Of a stretch of 64,000 nucleotides of DNA, positions 10,575 through 20,451 are shown piece after piece (the stretch's first letter is position 1; the number at the start of each line of letters is the position of its first letter). The notes beneath the pieces were generated by a model. The model was not told the origin of the DNA, did no database searches, and was given only the letters and a program-made list of their open reading frames with translations. Made by a program: the position numbers and the translations under genes. This stretch comes from a bacterium (lineage in GTDB: Bacteria; SAR324; XYD2-FULL-50-16; G965216635), in contig OZ244188.1 of NCBI GenBank assembly GCA_965216635.1, positions 1,440,001 to 1,504,000 of the forward strand. The letters run 5' to 3'.

Positions 10575-10703
10575 CCATCCATTATCTGTTGCGCCCAAAA
10601 TTTTCAAAATAGCTAAAGATATTTGGTATTTTTCCTTTAGAAAAAATGTGACCATCCATTATCTGTTGCGTCCAAAATTTTCAAAATAGCTAAAGATATT
10701 TGG
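10548..10703 (+). repeat. 77-bp tandem duplication spanning the argS 3' end, spacer and RM gene 3' end
   Basis: GGTATTTTTCCTTTAGAAAAAATGTGACC...GCTAAAGATATTTGG starts at 10548 and 10625 with 1 mismatch. Confidence 0.95.
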
Positions 10704-13137
10704 AATAGGGCAGAGATTTGATATAATTTTCCATAAAAGCAAAATCAGGAATTCTTTCTTTTTTTTCGTCCACAGTATAGGGCAAGTAAATTGTATTTAA
10801 TTTCATTCTTTTCTGTGATCTTTTTCTACTAAAAGAGTACCTAAACATCTCAATATTTAAGATAGTGATAAAATATATTCCAAAATATTTATTGAGAGTA
10901 AAATTTTTAGGTTCTAGGATTTCTACATGATCAGAACCTACAAAATTTTTTTCTTGGTAAAAACATTTTCCCTCTGTAGCACTATCAAAGGTTATCACAT
11001 TACCTTTTTCTGTAAATATATCCGAAGTCCCAGAAAAACCATTATTTTGATTTGAAGTGGTTATATAAAAATAATCTCCATCTTTGATTTGGTGTTGTGT
11101 AAAGCTCTTTTTTGAGCCTCTTATTTCAAATAAATCTTTAATTGCAAATTCTTCAAATTTTGTATTCTTAATATCTACATGGAAATTTTGAAAACTTTTG
11201 CTATCTATTCCATTTTTCAATAAAATCTCCATAAAAGACAATTCATCTATTTTTTTGTCTATTAATTTGAAACTGAATTTTATTTTAAATACTAAGTATT
11301 CTTTCAAATTCAAAGTAAAATTTTTTTTTTCTAGTTTTGAATAATCAGTTTTAGAATGGGCTTGAATAATCCATTCTTTGTTTTTTAGGATAGGTGTTTT
11401 AACAAAATGTAAATCATCCACAAATTTAGTAGGGTTTTTTAATTCGTTTAATAGACTAGTTTTGATATCTTGCCACTGGTTTAAAATATCTGTTCTTCCT
11501 TTTTGTTTAGAAAGGACATAACCATCTTCTTTCAAATCATAAAGTAAAACTTCTTTATTATTGTGTGGTAAATGAGTTTCAAAAACGGCTATAGCTGTAT
11601 GTGTAGAAGCATTGGGTTGGAATATCTCACTCGGCATGTTGATAACATATTTTAGAGTATGTTTTTCTAAAATTTTATTTCTTTGAACATCCTCTTTAAA
11701 ATAAGTGGACAAAGGAGCAATAATAATCCCATAGCGACTGCAAGAATCTAAAAGTTTTTGCAAAAATTGTATTTCTTTTTTAGTTGGATTTTTGGTGTTG
11801 TCCTGTCCTCCGTAAGGAGGATTGATAAAACCAATAGTTGGTTTAATTTTTTTTAAAATTTTATCTGCTTCTTGATCAAAACAGTCTATATGATAAATTT
11901 GAGATTTTCCGTCTCCTCTAAAAAGCATATTAGAAATAGACAAGGAAAACATCGTTGGGTTTTTCTCAAATCCTAGGAGTTGATTTTCTTTCACTTTACT
12001 CTCTAATTCTTGTTTGTTGGGAATACTAGAATTTTCAAGTAACTCCAAAATTTTATGCATCCCAGCAACTAAAAAAGCACCTGTGCCGCAGCAAAGATCA
12101 AAAATAATATCATTTGCCTTGACGTCTATTAATTCGGTAAAAAGCTCCGTTATGTGTCTAGGCGTTAAGACAATTCCATTTTTCACATTGGTCATTCCTG
12201 CATACTTTAAAAATTCTTCATAAAATTTTCCGATAATATCATAATTGGTATTGGTTGAAAATAAAGGAAGAACATTGTCTTCTAATTCTATAAGTATTTT
12301 GTTTAAGAGATCTGTATTTGCAATATCCAAATCGTCTTTGATAGCGTAAGAAAACTGATTTTTTAGGATTTCAATTTTTTCATTTGCTATTCTTTCTACT
12401 TTTAAAACCAACTCTATCCTCAAAGGAATATTATGGATTATGGTCTCAGGAGACCAGCTAGAAAAGTTATGCTTAAAATCATTTTGTAGTTTTTCTTTTT
12501 CAAATAGGCAAATCATTAGAGAACTCAAAATAATCGGTCTTTTTTGGCTATCCATGTTTCTTAGTAACCGATTGATTTTACTAGATGATTCGGAAATTTT
12601 TGTTACAATTTCCTCTGTATCAATATTTTCAAATAAAGCTAAATAATCTTTTTCATTTAAGATATTGTTATTGTTGATATCCTGTATTTTTCCGTTTTCC
12701 TTTTTAACAATAAAAGATTGTATTAAGTGGTTATATTCAACTTCAATGTTTCCAGAAACTGCTAAGCCTAAAATTTTCCATTTTTCAAAATAGCTTTGTA
12801 TTGTTTTTTCTTGTTTTTGGAGGTGTTCCTTTGTAAAAAAAGAAAGATAGTGCAGAATACCATCTACGGCGTAAATCGTAGGTTTATCTCTTTTTTCTGA
12901 ATTATGATCTTTTATAGAATCCTTGTTTTCTATAAGAATGAGTAGTTTTTTATTCTCATTGACATAGATAAAATCGGGTTCACCTCTTTCCCTAGTGTTT
13001 TTTTTGCTCGCTTGACTTAAAATTTCGGCAATAAACCTATTGTTCGTTTTTTTTACTTCCCATTGATTAGAAAATTCTCTTTTTTCTTTAAGGAAATTAA
13101 ACAAAACAATATCTTTTTGGCTTTCGTTTTTCACCAT
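10690..13137 (-). CDS. Type IIG/BcgI-like fused restriction-modification enzyme (REase + N6-MTase + C-terminal TRD)
   Basis: PD...ENK nuclease motif, IVLTPRHI, DLCCGTGAFL, INPPY, and a C-terminal HsdS-like region (IKDLFEI...PDFAFMENYI). Confidence 0.85.
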   Translation of the reverse strand: MVKNESQKDIVLFNFLKEKREFSNQWEVKKTNNRFIAEILSQASKKNTRERGEPDFIYVNENKKLLILIENKDSIKDHNSEKRDKPTIYAVDGILHYLSFFTKEHLQKQEKTIQSYFEKWKILGLAVSGNIEVEYNHLIQSFIVKKENGKIQDINNNNILNEKDYLALFENIDTEEIVTKISESSSKINRLLRNMDSQKRPIILSSLMICLFEKEKLQNDFKHNFSSWSPETIIHNIPLRIELVLKVERIANEKIEILKNQFSYAIKDDLDIANTDLLNKILIELEDNVLPLFSTNTNYDIIGKFYEEFLKYAGMTNVKNGIVLTPRHITELFTELIDVKANDIIFDLCCGTGAFLVAGMHKILELLENSSIPNKQELESKVKENQLLGFEKNPTMFSLSISNMLFRGDGKSQIYHIDCFDQEADKILKKIKPTIGFINPPYGGQDNTKNPTKKEIQFLQKLLDSCSRYGIIIAPLSTYFKEDVQRNKILEKHTLKYVINMPSEIFQPNASTHTAIAVFETHLPHNNKEVLLYDLKEDGYVLSKQKGRTDILNQWQDIKTSLLNELKNPTKFVDDLHFVKTPILKNKEWIIQAHSKTDYSKLEKKNFTLNLKEYLVFKIKFSFKLIDKKIDELSFMEILLKNGIDSKSFQNFHVDIKNTKFEEFAIKDLFEIRGSKKSFTQHQIKDGDYFYITTSNQNNGFSGTSDIFTEKGNVITFDSATEGKCFYQEKNFVGSDHVEILEPKNFTLNKYFGIYFITILNIEMFRYSFSRKRSQKRMKLNTIYLPYTVDEKKERIPDFAFMENYIKSLPYSKYL

Positions 13138-13359
13138 AATAAATTTTTTGTAAAAAATAGATAAAATTTAAATACTACCAGTTGCTAAAAATTTTATATT
13201 CTAATAAAAATTATAGCAAGCAGAATGTTCATCTAAAAATTTATTCACCTGTTACTAAATTAGAATAAATATTATGGTATAGGACATAATAAAAAAAATA
13301 TTGCATAAAACCTTTTTTTATTTTAATTAGGCAAGAATTCACTTTATCTAAAAAAAATA

Positions 13360-14280
13360 TTGAAAAAATTCACAGAAGACAAAAAATACACCTACAGTTT
13401 TTGGGTTGTTCTTTTTGCTGGTTTGGTTTGGAGTTTTGGTGCTGTTGTAGTAAAAAATATGGAAAATCCTCGTGATTTTTTGTGGGAATATCTTGTAATG
13501 CGAGGATTAAGCATTTCTTTTTTCTTGTTATTTTTTCTGTTACTTCGCAGAGGTACGAAAATTTTTCATAGTTTTCAAAGAATACAAAAATCTTCTTTTA
13601 TAGGTGCTGCTTGTTTGAGTATTGCTTTTATTGGGTTTATTGCATCCATCACCAGCACAACGGCAGCGGTTACTCTGTTTATGATAGCTGTGATGCCTTT
13701 TTTAGCTACTTTGTTAGGATTTGCGATTTTGCAAGAAAAACTCAAAACTACAACGATGGTTGCGATGTGTATTACTTTTTTAGGGGTTTTGGTGATGATA
13801 GGCAGCGAATTTCAAACAGGAACAGTAGGAGGGGCTCTTTTTGGATTACTTTCTTCTTTAGGATTTGCAGGCTATACTATCAGTCTACGGTGGAAACCAA
13901 AAACTCCAAAATTGGCAACAATAATTCTTTCAGGTTTTATTTGTGCTATTTTATCTTTTTTGGTGCTTTTGGTTTTAAAAGGTCATTTTGAATGGGTTGT
14001 AAAAAATATTCGCTTAAGTATACTGCACGGATGGATTATAGCTTTAGGGTTAATGTGTTTTAACTTAGGAGCCAAAAGATTACCGGCAGCAGAGGTAGGT
14101 CTACTATCTCTTACAGAAATTGCTTTTGGGATACTGTGGGTTTGGCTTCCTTTTTTTGGAATTCAAGAAACCAATAGTTTTAGCACCCTATTGGGAGGAT
14201 TGATTATTGTGGGTGGCATTGTTTTTTATGCACTGGGTGCTAATAAAAAGATAATTATTAGATACCACAATTATAAATAA
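13360..14280 (+). CDS. DMT/EamA family transporter
   Basis: Ten hydrophobic segments, LQEKL and LPAAEVGLLSLTE motifs. Confidence 0.85.
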   Translation: MKKFTEDKKYTYSFWVVLFAGLVWSFGAVVVKNMENPRDFLWEYLVMRGLSISFFLLFFLLLRRGTKIFHSFQRIQKSSFIGAACLSIAFIGFIASITSTTAAVTLFMIAVMPFLATLLGFAILQEKLKTTTMVAMCITFLGVLVMIGSEFQTGTVGGALFGLLSSLGFAGYTISLRWKPKTPKLATIILSGFICAILSFLVLLVLKGHFEWVVKNIRLSILHGWIIALGLMCFNLGAKRLPAAEVGLLSLTEIAFGILWVWLPFFGIQETNSFSTLLGGLIIVGGIVFYALGANKKIIIRYHNYK

Positions 14281-14282
14281 AA

Positions 14283-14423
14283 GAGACTATTGAATTAGAC
14301 ATTCTAGTTCAGCTATACTGCGTTGCTCAAATTTTTTATCACTCAAAATACTTCAGTATTCCTCTTGGTAAAAAATTTTTGCGCCTTGTCTAGCTTTCCT
14401 ATAATGCCTGATTCAACAGTCTC
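14283..14423. mobile_element. Palindromic MITE-like repeat, copy 3
   Basis: GAGACTATTGAATTAG...CTGATTCAACAGTCTC; central AATACTTCAGTATT hairpin; GCGTTG/CCTTG core. Confidence 0.8.
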
Positions 14424-14437
14424 TAAAAACCTTTAAA

Positions 14438-15019
14438 ATGATAAAAATTCTTGTTCTAGACAACTACGATTCCTTCACCTACAACCTAGTCCATCTTGTC
14501 AAAGAATTAGGTTTTGGTGAAAACTTGGATGTCTGTCGCAACGATAAAATTGCTTTAGCAGAAGTTTCAAAATACAGTAAAATTTTAATTTCTCCGGGAC
14601 CTGGATTGCCGAACGAATCAGGGATTATGATGGAATTGATTCAAAAATACGCTCCCCAAAAAAGTATTTTAGGGATCTGTTTGGGTCATCAAGGAATTTG
14701 TGAATCCTTTGGAGCCAAACTATTCAATATGAAAGAAGTAGTGCACGGTCAAAGCAAATTTACTGAAATTACGGATAAGGACGAGCTTTTATTTAAAGAT
14801 CTGCCTACAAAATTCATGACAGGCAGGTATCATTCTTGGAGCGTTTTAGAAAATTCTATCCCTGAAAATTTACAGATTACAGCGAAAAGTGAAGATGGTA
14901 TTGTAATGGGAGTAAGCCATAAAAAATTTTCTCTTAAAGGTTTGCAGTTTCATCCTGAATCCATTTTAACAGAGCACGGAAAAACGATTATTAACAATTG
15001 GTTGAACTTAACCGATTGA
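14438..15019 (+). CDS. trpG: Anthranilate synthase component II (glutamine amidotransferase)
   Basis: DNYDSFTYNL, SPGPG, GICLGHQ, RYHS, QFHPES; adjacent to trpD. Confidence 0.92.
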   Translation: MIKILVLDNYDSFTYNLVHLVKELGFGENLDVCRNDKIALAEVSKYSKILISPGPGLPNESGIMMELIQKYAPQKSILGICLGHQGICESFGAKLFNMKEVVHGQSKFTEITDKDELLFKDLPTKFMTGRYHSWSVLENSIPENLQITAKSEDGIVMGVSHKKFSLKGLQFHPESILTEHGKTIINNWLNLTD

Positions 15020-15035
15020 AACATTTGAATTAAAA

Positions 15036-16019
15036 ATGAAAAAAATCCTCAATCACCTCTTCGCAGGACAAACACTTACAAAAAAAGAAGCAAAATCTAT
15101 TTTGCTAGAAATAGGGCAGGGCAAACACAATAACTCGCAAATAACCTCCTTCTTAACTGTTTTTTGTGTCAGAAGTATTCAAGCAGAAGAATTGAACGGT
15201 TTTAAAGAGGCAATGCTAGAGCTTGCTTTATCAGTGGATTTGAAAGAATACCAAGCGATGGATATTGCGGGCACTGGTGGCGATGAAAAAAATTCTTTCA
15301 ATATCTCTACCGCGTCTGCTTTCGTTATGGCTGGTAGCGGTATTTTTGTAACAAAGCACGGTAACTACGGAGGTTCTTCTAATTGTGGCTCTTCCAATCT
15401 GCTGGAATATTTCGGAGCCAAATTTTCTAACAAAGAAGAGGAATTAAAAAATATGCTAGATAAAGCAAGTTTTTGTATGCTACACGCTCCATTGTTTCAC
15501 CCTGCTATGAAGTATGTAGCACCTATTAGAAAAGAATTACAGGTTCGCACTTTTTTTAATATGCTAGGTCCACTAATTAACCCAAGCGCTCCTAAAGTGC
15601 ATTTTTTGGGGGTTTATAATTTAGAATTAGCGAGACTCTATTCTTATATATTTCAAGATTCTGGAATGGATTACGCCATAATCCATTCTCTAGATGGTTA
15701 TGATGAGATCTCTTTAACCTCAGAGATAAAAATTTTTGATAAAAAAGGCGAAACTATCCTCAATCCCGCAGATTTTGGTTTTTCTACAGTGCAACAAAAA
15801 GAACTCGTAGGCGGTAATATAGAAGCTAGTGCAAAAATTTTCACAGCTATTCTGCAAAATGAGGCTACAGAAGTGCAAAAAAATGTTGTTTTAGCCAATG
15901 CTGGAATGGCTATCAAACTCTACAAAGGCAATATATCTTTAGCCGAAGGAATAGATATAGCAAAAGAATCCTTAGAGTCAGGTAAAGCTCTTACTTCTTT
16001 TAAGGCATTTGTTGATTAA
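15036..16019 (+). CDS. trpD: Anthranilate phosphoribosyltransferase
   Basis: GTGGD, FNIST, KHGN, FHPAMK, RTFFNMLGPL, DGYDE. Confidence 0.96.
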   Translation: MKKILNHLFAGQTLTKKEAKSILLEIGQGKHNNSQITSFLTVFCVRSIQAEELNGFKEAMLELALSVDLKEYQAMDIAGTGGDEKNSFNISTASAFVMAGSGIFVTKHGNYGGSSNCGSSNLLEYFGAKFSNKEEELKNMLDKASFCMLHAPLFHPAMKYVAPIRKELQVRTFFNMLGPLINPSAPKVHFLGVYNLELARLYSYIFQDSGMDYAIIHSLDGYDEISLTSEIKIFDKKGETILNPADFGFSTVQQKELVGGNIEASAKIFTAILQNEATEVQKNVVLANAGMAIKLYKGNISLAEGIDIAKESLESGKALTSFKAFVD

Positions 16020-16070
16020 AAGAGAAACAAAAGGAACGGGTGCTTTTTTTAGGGAATTTCTACAATTTCA

Positions 16071-16575
16071 AAAAAAAACAAATGCGTTGCGGGGAGGCAT
16101 TTTTTTATTTTATGTAGGTCTGTAGAGACGTCCTATATGGGCGTCTCATAAATTTAGAACGTTTATTAAAAACAGCTTTTTGTGGTTTATGCACATCGTA
16201 TAAGACGTCCTATATGGGCGTCTCATAAATTTAGAACGTTTATTAAAATATGTAGGTCTGTAGAGACGTCCTATATGGGCGTCTCATAAATTTAGAACGT
16301 TTATTAAAAACAGCTTTTTTGTGGTTTATGCACATCGTATGAGACGCCCTATATGGGCGTCTCATAAATTTAGAACGTTTATTAAAATATGTAGGTCTGT
16401 AGAGACGTCCTATATGGGCGTCTCATAAATTTAGAACGTTTATTAAAATATGTAGGTCTGTAGAGACGTCCTATATGGGCGTCTCATAAATTTAGAACGT
16501 TTATTAAAAACAGTTTTTTGTGGTTTATGCACATCGTATAAGACGCCCTGTAGGGCGTCTCTACATGTTATGCTA
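16071..16575 (+). repeat. GTAG-REP/REPIN-like tandem array 1 (7 hairpins)
   Basis: Hairpin AGACG(T/C)CCTATATGGGCGTCTC repeated with two recurring linkers, order A-B-A-B-A-A-B'; starts GTAG, ends CTAC. Confidence 0.9.
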
Positions 16576-16600
16576 TAAAATTCCCTGCAGTTTTTTTTTC

Positions 16601-17956
16601 TTAAAAACTCAAGTGGAGGGAGATGCTGATGACGAGTGGGGCTTTGAGCTCGGCATCGGTTTCGGTGGTTGTTTCTGTCTGAGTTTCTGATCCTGCTGGA
16701 ATCTGGACTTTGTTTATATTTACAGTTCTGATGCGGACTTGGGTTACTTCTATTCTGTAATCCAAATTTGCGAACTCAATGAACTCGAATTTGGTGTTAC
16801 CTCCGCCAGAAAATCTACTGGAACTTCCAATTGTTGCTGAATCTCTTGCAGTCTGTGTTTTGGTATCTTCGCCTATGGGAAAAAGATCAAGAGCAGGAGT
16901 CACATCCGTAACCGTAGCCGTAGTCGTATGGTTTAGAGAAACCCCCGAGATATACTTCGTCAATCCGAAATTAAGCGATAGGTTGGGAGTTAAGTTCTGC
17001 TTATAGCCGACTTGAATCACGGGACTAGTAGCAGAGGCGCTGGTTGAACCGTTGGCAGAATTGGTAAGCTTCATACTCGCTAGACCGCCTCCTACAAAAA
17101 GACCCTTGTTGACAAAATAATCCGCCATAACTAGCGTATTGGCGAGCTCGTTATCTCCCCCCTTGCCAGTGAAGTGAGTCAAGGAGGCTCTCCATTTTTC
17201 CCACCTAAAGCCGAATTGCAAGCCAATACCTGAGAGTTGATCGCTCTTGCTACTAGTGATTGCTGTTGGATCCTCAGGTACAGAAGTTGGAGTCGGAGCT
17301 GAATCTGGAGTCGCAATCTGATAGTTTGGAATAGAGCTTCTATCGGAGGAAAGATCACCGAAAAAGTAGCTATAACAATGGGATTTTTCCTCTGTTCCCT
17401 TTCCTGTAGGAAAGGGACCTAAAGCAGAATTTGATAAAGTTACAGTAGCATCATTCAAAGGATTATTAATATCAGTTGTAGACGGTTTCGCACCACGGTC
17501 AAAGGAAACAAAATTATTATTTTCGAAATAGTATGAATCAACACTTGTTGTTTTACCATCTTTACAGTTTGCCTCTACTAAAGCTCCGACTCCATTTGCT
17601 ATTTCAGGAGACCAGGTAGGATTCCCACTGGTTACGACTATAGAAGTTGCGTCTGAAGAGCCAGTAATTCTATAGCCTGTAGTAATAGAGTCAGTGATGG
17701 TTGTGATATTTGTGGTGACAAGTGTTGTGGTATCCACTTTAAAACCATTCAGATAGACAATACCAACGAAAAATCCCAGCTTGCTGCTTCCATTCGCTTG
17801 GGCTTGCAGATTACTGCCTCCAAAAGTAAAGGCACTCCCTATAAGAAGAGCGGGAATAAGAATAGCTACCAAAACGAAACGAGCCAAAACGAAACGAGCC
17901 AAAATAAAACGAACAGCGAAAGTTTTCCTTAAAACTTGGGAATTTGTGTTTTTCAT
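16601..17956 (-). CDS. Predicted outer-membrane beta-barrel protein with two large variable extensions, paralog 1
   Basis: Signal-like leader ending LQAQ, amphipathic strands, C-terminal ISISLHLSF; shares blocks with 36241-37557 and 37668-39029. Confidence 0.75.
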   Translation of the reverse strand: MKNTNSQVLRKTFAVRFILARFVLARFVLVAILIPALLIGSAFTFGGSNLQAQANGSSKLGFFVGIVYLNGFKVDTTTLVTTNITTITDSITTGYRITGSSDATSIVVTSGNPTWSPEIANGVGALVEANCKDGKTTSVDSYYFENNNFVSFDRGAKPSTTDINNPLNDATVTLSNSALGPFPTGKGTEEKSHCYSYFFGDLSSDRSSIPNYQIATPDSAPTPTSVPEDPTAITSSKSDQLSGIGLQFGFRWEKWRASLTHFTGKGGDNELANTLVMADYFVNKGLFVGGGLASMKLTNSANGSTSASATSPVIQVGYKQNLTPNLSLNFGLTKYISGVSLNHTTTATVTDVTPALDLFPIGEDTKTQTARDSATIGSSSRFSGGGNTKFEFIEFANLDYRIEVTQVRIRTVNINKVQIPAGSETQTETTTETDAELKAPLVISISLHLSF

Positions 17957-18044
17957 AATTATTTGTAATTAAAAGTTAGTATTAAAATAAAAATTAACAT
18001 AAAAAAACAATAATAGCAAACTATTGGTTGTTGGCAGTTTTTTA

Positions 18045-18289
18045 TAGACCTTTGAATTTGCGTTATGTGACGGCTAGGCAAGGCAAAAAAAAATTTTAGC
18101 TCGCAGGAATATATGTAATATTTCAAGAGTTAAAATTTTTTTTTAATGGCGTAGTAAAAAACACTATAAACCTTGCATTAAGCAAGAATGAACTGTGAAA
18201 CAGCCCTTTGGCTGTTTCACAAATAGCCCACAAAAAGCGTCAAGCAATAAGCTTGTTTTGGCTAAACAGAACGCTAATTCAAAAGTTTT
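18045..18289. mobile_element. Palindromic MITE-like repeat, copy 4 (extended with nested hairpins)
   Basis: TAGACCTTTGAATTTGCGTT...AACGCTAATTCAAAAGT; contains TGTGAAACAGCCCTTTGGCTGTTTCACA. Confidence 0.85.
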
Positions 18290-18347
18290 TTATTTTTTCT
18301 GCTTATTTTTATAAAATAGTTACATAAAAACACTTTAAAAGCAAATA

Positions 18348-18643
18348 AAAAAAAACAAATGCGTTGCGGGGAGGTATTTTTTATTTTATGTAGGTCTGTA
18401 GAGACGTCCTATATGGGCGTCTCATAAATTTAGAACGTTTATTAAAATATGTAGGTCTGTAGAGACGTCCTATATGGGCGTCTCTTAACGTTTATTAAAA
18501 ACAGCTTTTTGTGGTTTATGCACATCGTATAAGACGCCCTATATGGGCGTCTCATAAATTTAGAACGTTTATTAAAAACAGCTTTTTGTGGTTTATGCAC
18601 ATCGTATAAGACGCCCTGTAGGGCGTCTCTACATGTTATGCTA
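18348..18643 (+). repeat. GTAG-REP/REPIN-like tandem array 2 (4 hairpins), direct repeat of array 1
   Basis: Same units and same flanks (AAACAAATGCGTTGCGGGGAGG...; ...CTACATGTTATGCTA), order A-A'-B-B'. Confidence 0.9.
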
Positions 18644-18715
18644 TTATAAAAATGTCCCCTGTAGTTTTGTTTTTTTGGCTGTTTTTGGCGGGGACTTTAT
18701 TTTAGGGTATTTTTT

Positions 18716-18888
18716 TTAACGGCGTAGTGCCACAATAATGGAATCAGGGCACTACAAAACTTGCATAATCCAAAAAGTAGTGTAAAAGAGCCACTAGCTA
18801 TTTTACTAAAGCTTGTATAAAGTGACAGTAAAAAGCTTGTTTTGGCTAAACAGCTTGTTTGGTCCTATTTGGCAAATTCAAATGTCTA
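18716..18888. mobile_element. MITE-like repeat, partial copy 5
   Basis: GTAGTGCC...GGCACTAC module and right end GGCAAATTCAAATGTCTA; left end not recognisable. Confidence 0.7.
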
Positions 18889-18922
18889 TAGTGTTTTAAA
18901 AACACAAACTGATATTAAAAAA

Positions 18923-20167
18923 GTGAATAACAAAAAATCTATTGTATCTTGGGCTCTTTACGATTGGGCAAATAGCGCTTTCACAACCACAGTTGTTTCT
19001 GGTTTTTTTCCTCTTTTTTTAAAATTTTATTGGGCTTCCGATTTGGATCCACAAGAAAGCACCTACTATCTAGGTTTGGGTAATAGTCTAGCCGCACTTG
19101 TGCTCTTTATTTTATCTCCTTTGCTAGGAGCCATTTCAGACAAAGGAGAAAATAAAAAAAAATTTCTCTTCTTTTTTGCTAGTTTGGGAATTATCACCTG
19201 CGCATGTTTGGCAAAAGTTCCGATGGGACACTGGCAGTGGGCGATGTTCTTTTATATTTTGGCGTTTATTGGTTTCGCAGGAGGAGATACTTTTTATAAC
19301 GCCTTATTACTAAATATCACCAAACAAACAGACTATGTTTCTAGTTTGGGTTATGCTCTAGGCTACATAGGAGGCGGATTGCTCTTTGCAATCTGCGTTC
19401 TACTTTATCTCCAACCTACTTGGTTAGGATTGAGTAGTGGCACAGCTGGGATTCAGATTTCCTTTGTTGTTGTCTCTATTTGGTGGGCAATTTTTTCAAT
19501 ACCTATTTTCTTATTCGTTCGCGAAAAAAAAAAATCTCTAACCATTCCTTGGCGAACTAAAATTCAAACAGGCGTAGCTCAAGTTTTTCTCACTTTAAGA
19601 AAAATAAAAACACACAAACCTATCTTTTATTTTCTCATTGCCTATTGGTTTTATATTGATGGAGCCATAACTATAACAAAAATGGCAGTAGATTACGGAA
19701 TAGCTTTGGGTTTTCCTGCTTCGTCTTTAATTATTGCTTTATTGCTAGTGCAATTTATTGCTTTCCCCGCCACTTTTATAAACTACAAAATAGGAAAAAA
19801 AATCGGAATAAAAAAAGCTATCTTGTGTTTTATTTTTGGGTATGTAGCTGTGACTTTTTTAGGAGTGTTGATGACTAAAGTTATTCACTTCTACCTTTTA
19901 GCCATAGCAGTAGGTTGTTTTCAAGGAGGCTTGTTTGCTTTAAGCCGTAGCTATTACGCCAGCTTAATTCCTAAAAAACAGTCTGGTGAATTTTACGGTT
20001 TTTATAGTATGTGGACTAAATTCGCTGCTTTGTTAGGTCCTCTTCTTGTGGGACTTGTAGCCAAATATAGCGGTAGTGCTAGAATTTCTATTTTATCTAC
20101 TGTTATTCTTTTTTTTATTGGAGCTTTTTTGTTTGCTAAATTTGTAGACAACCCCTCACCAAAATAG
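18923..20167 (+). CDS. MFS transporter (UMF1/YxiO-like)
   Basis: SWALYDWANSAF, GYALGYIGGG, SRSYYASLIP...GEFYGFY. GTG at 18923 preferred because the longer ORF starts inside the repeat. Confidence 0.88.
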   Translation: MNNKKSIVSWALYDWANSAFTTTVVSGFFPLFLKFYWASDLDPQESTYYLGLGNSLAALVLFILSPLLGAISDKGENKKKFLFFFASLGIITCACLAKVPMGHWQWAMFFYILAFIGFAGGDTFYNALLLNITKQTDYVSSLGYALGYIGGGLLFAICVLLYLQPTWLGLSSGTAGIQISFVVVSIWWAIFSIPIFLFVREKKKSLTIPWRTKIQTGVAQVFLTLRKIKTHKPIFYFLIAYWFYIDGAITITKMAVDYGIALGFPASSLIIALLLVQFIAFPATFINYKIGKKIGIKKAILCFIFGYVAVTFLGVLMTKVIHFYLLAIAVGCFQGGLFALSRSYYASLIPKKQSGEFYGFYSMWTKFAALLGPLLVGLVAKYSGSARISILSTVILFFIGAFLFAKFVDNPSPK

Positions 20168-20237
20168 CCCGAGAGCAGAATTGAACTGCCGACCTCTTCC
20201 TTACCAAGGAAACGCTCTACCACTGAGCTACACGGGC
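20166..20237 (-). tRNA. tRNA-Thr(GGT)
   Basis: Reverse complement GCCCGTGTAGCTCAGTGGTAGAGCGTTTCCTTGGTAAGGAAGAGGTCGGCAGTTCAATTCTGCTCTCGGGCT; CCA not encoded. Confidence 0.95.
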
Positions 20238-20451
20238 ATCGTTGCTTTAATTAGTTTTCCCTTAAAAAATCCCAATTTTCACTCCAAACAGCTTGCGTTA
20301 CTTAAAATTTTTTCTTGCTTTAAAAAAACTAGAAAAAAAGTCTCAGAAGGCGTCGTATTTTGTTTGCGAGAAAACGATATTCCGCTACCCGCGCAAAGTC
20401 ACAGATATCCCCGCTTCTTATCTTTGATATGCGTTGGCGAAAGGATAAATT

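Noticed and set aside
18195..18221. parS site from the GTGAAACA/TGTTTCAC half-sites
   Set aside because: Half-sites are in the wrong order and separated by a spacer; they are a hairpin module of the repeat family.
16071..18643. CRISPR array interpretation of the hairpin arrays
   Set aside because: Only two recurring linkers rather than unique spacers, GTAG/CTAC REP-type ends, and no cas genes in the window.
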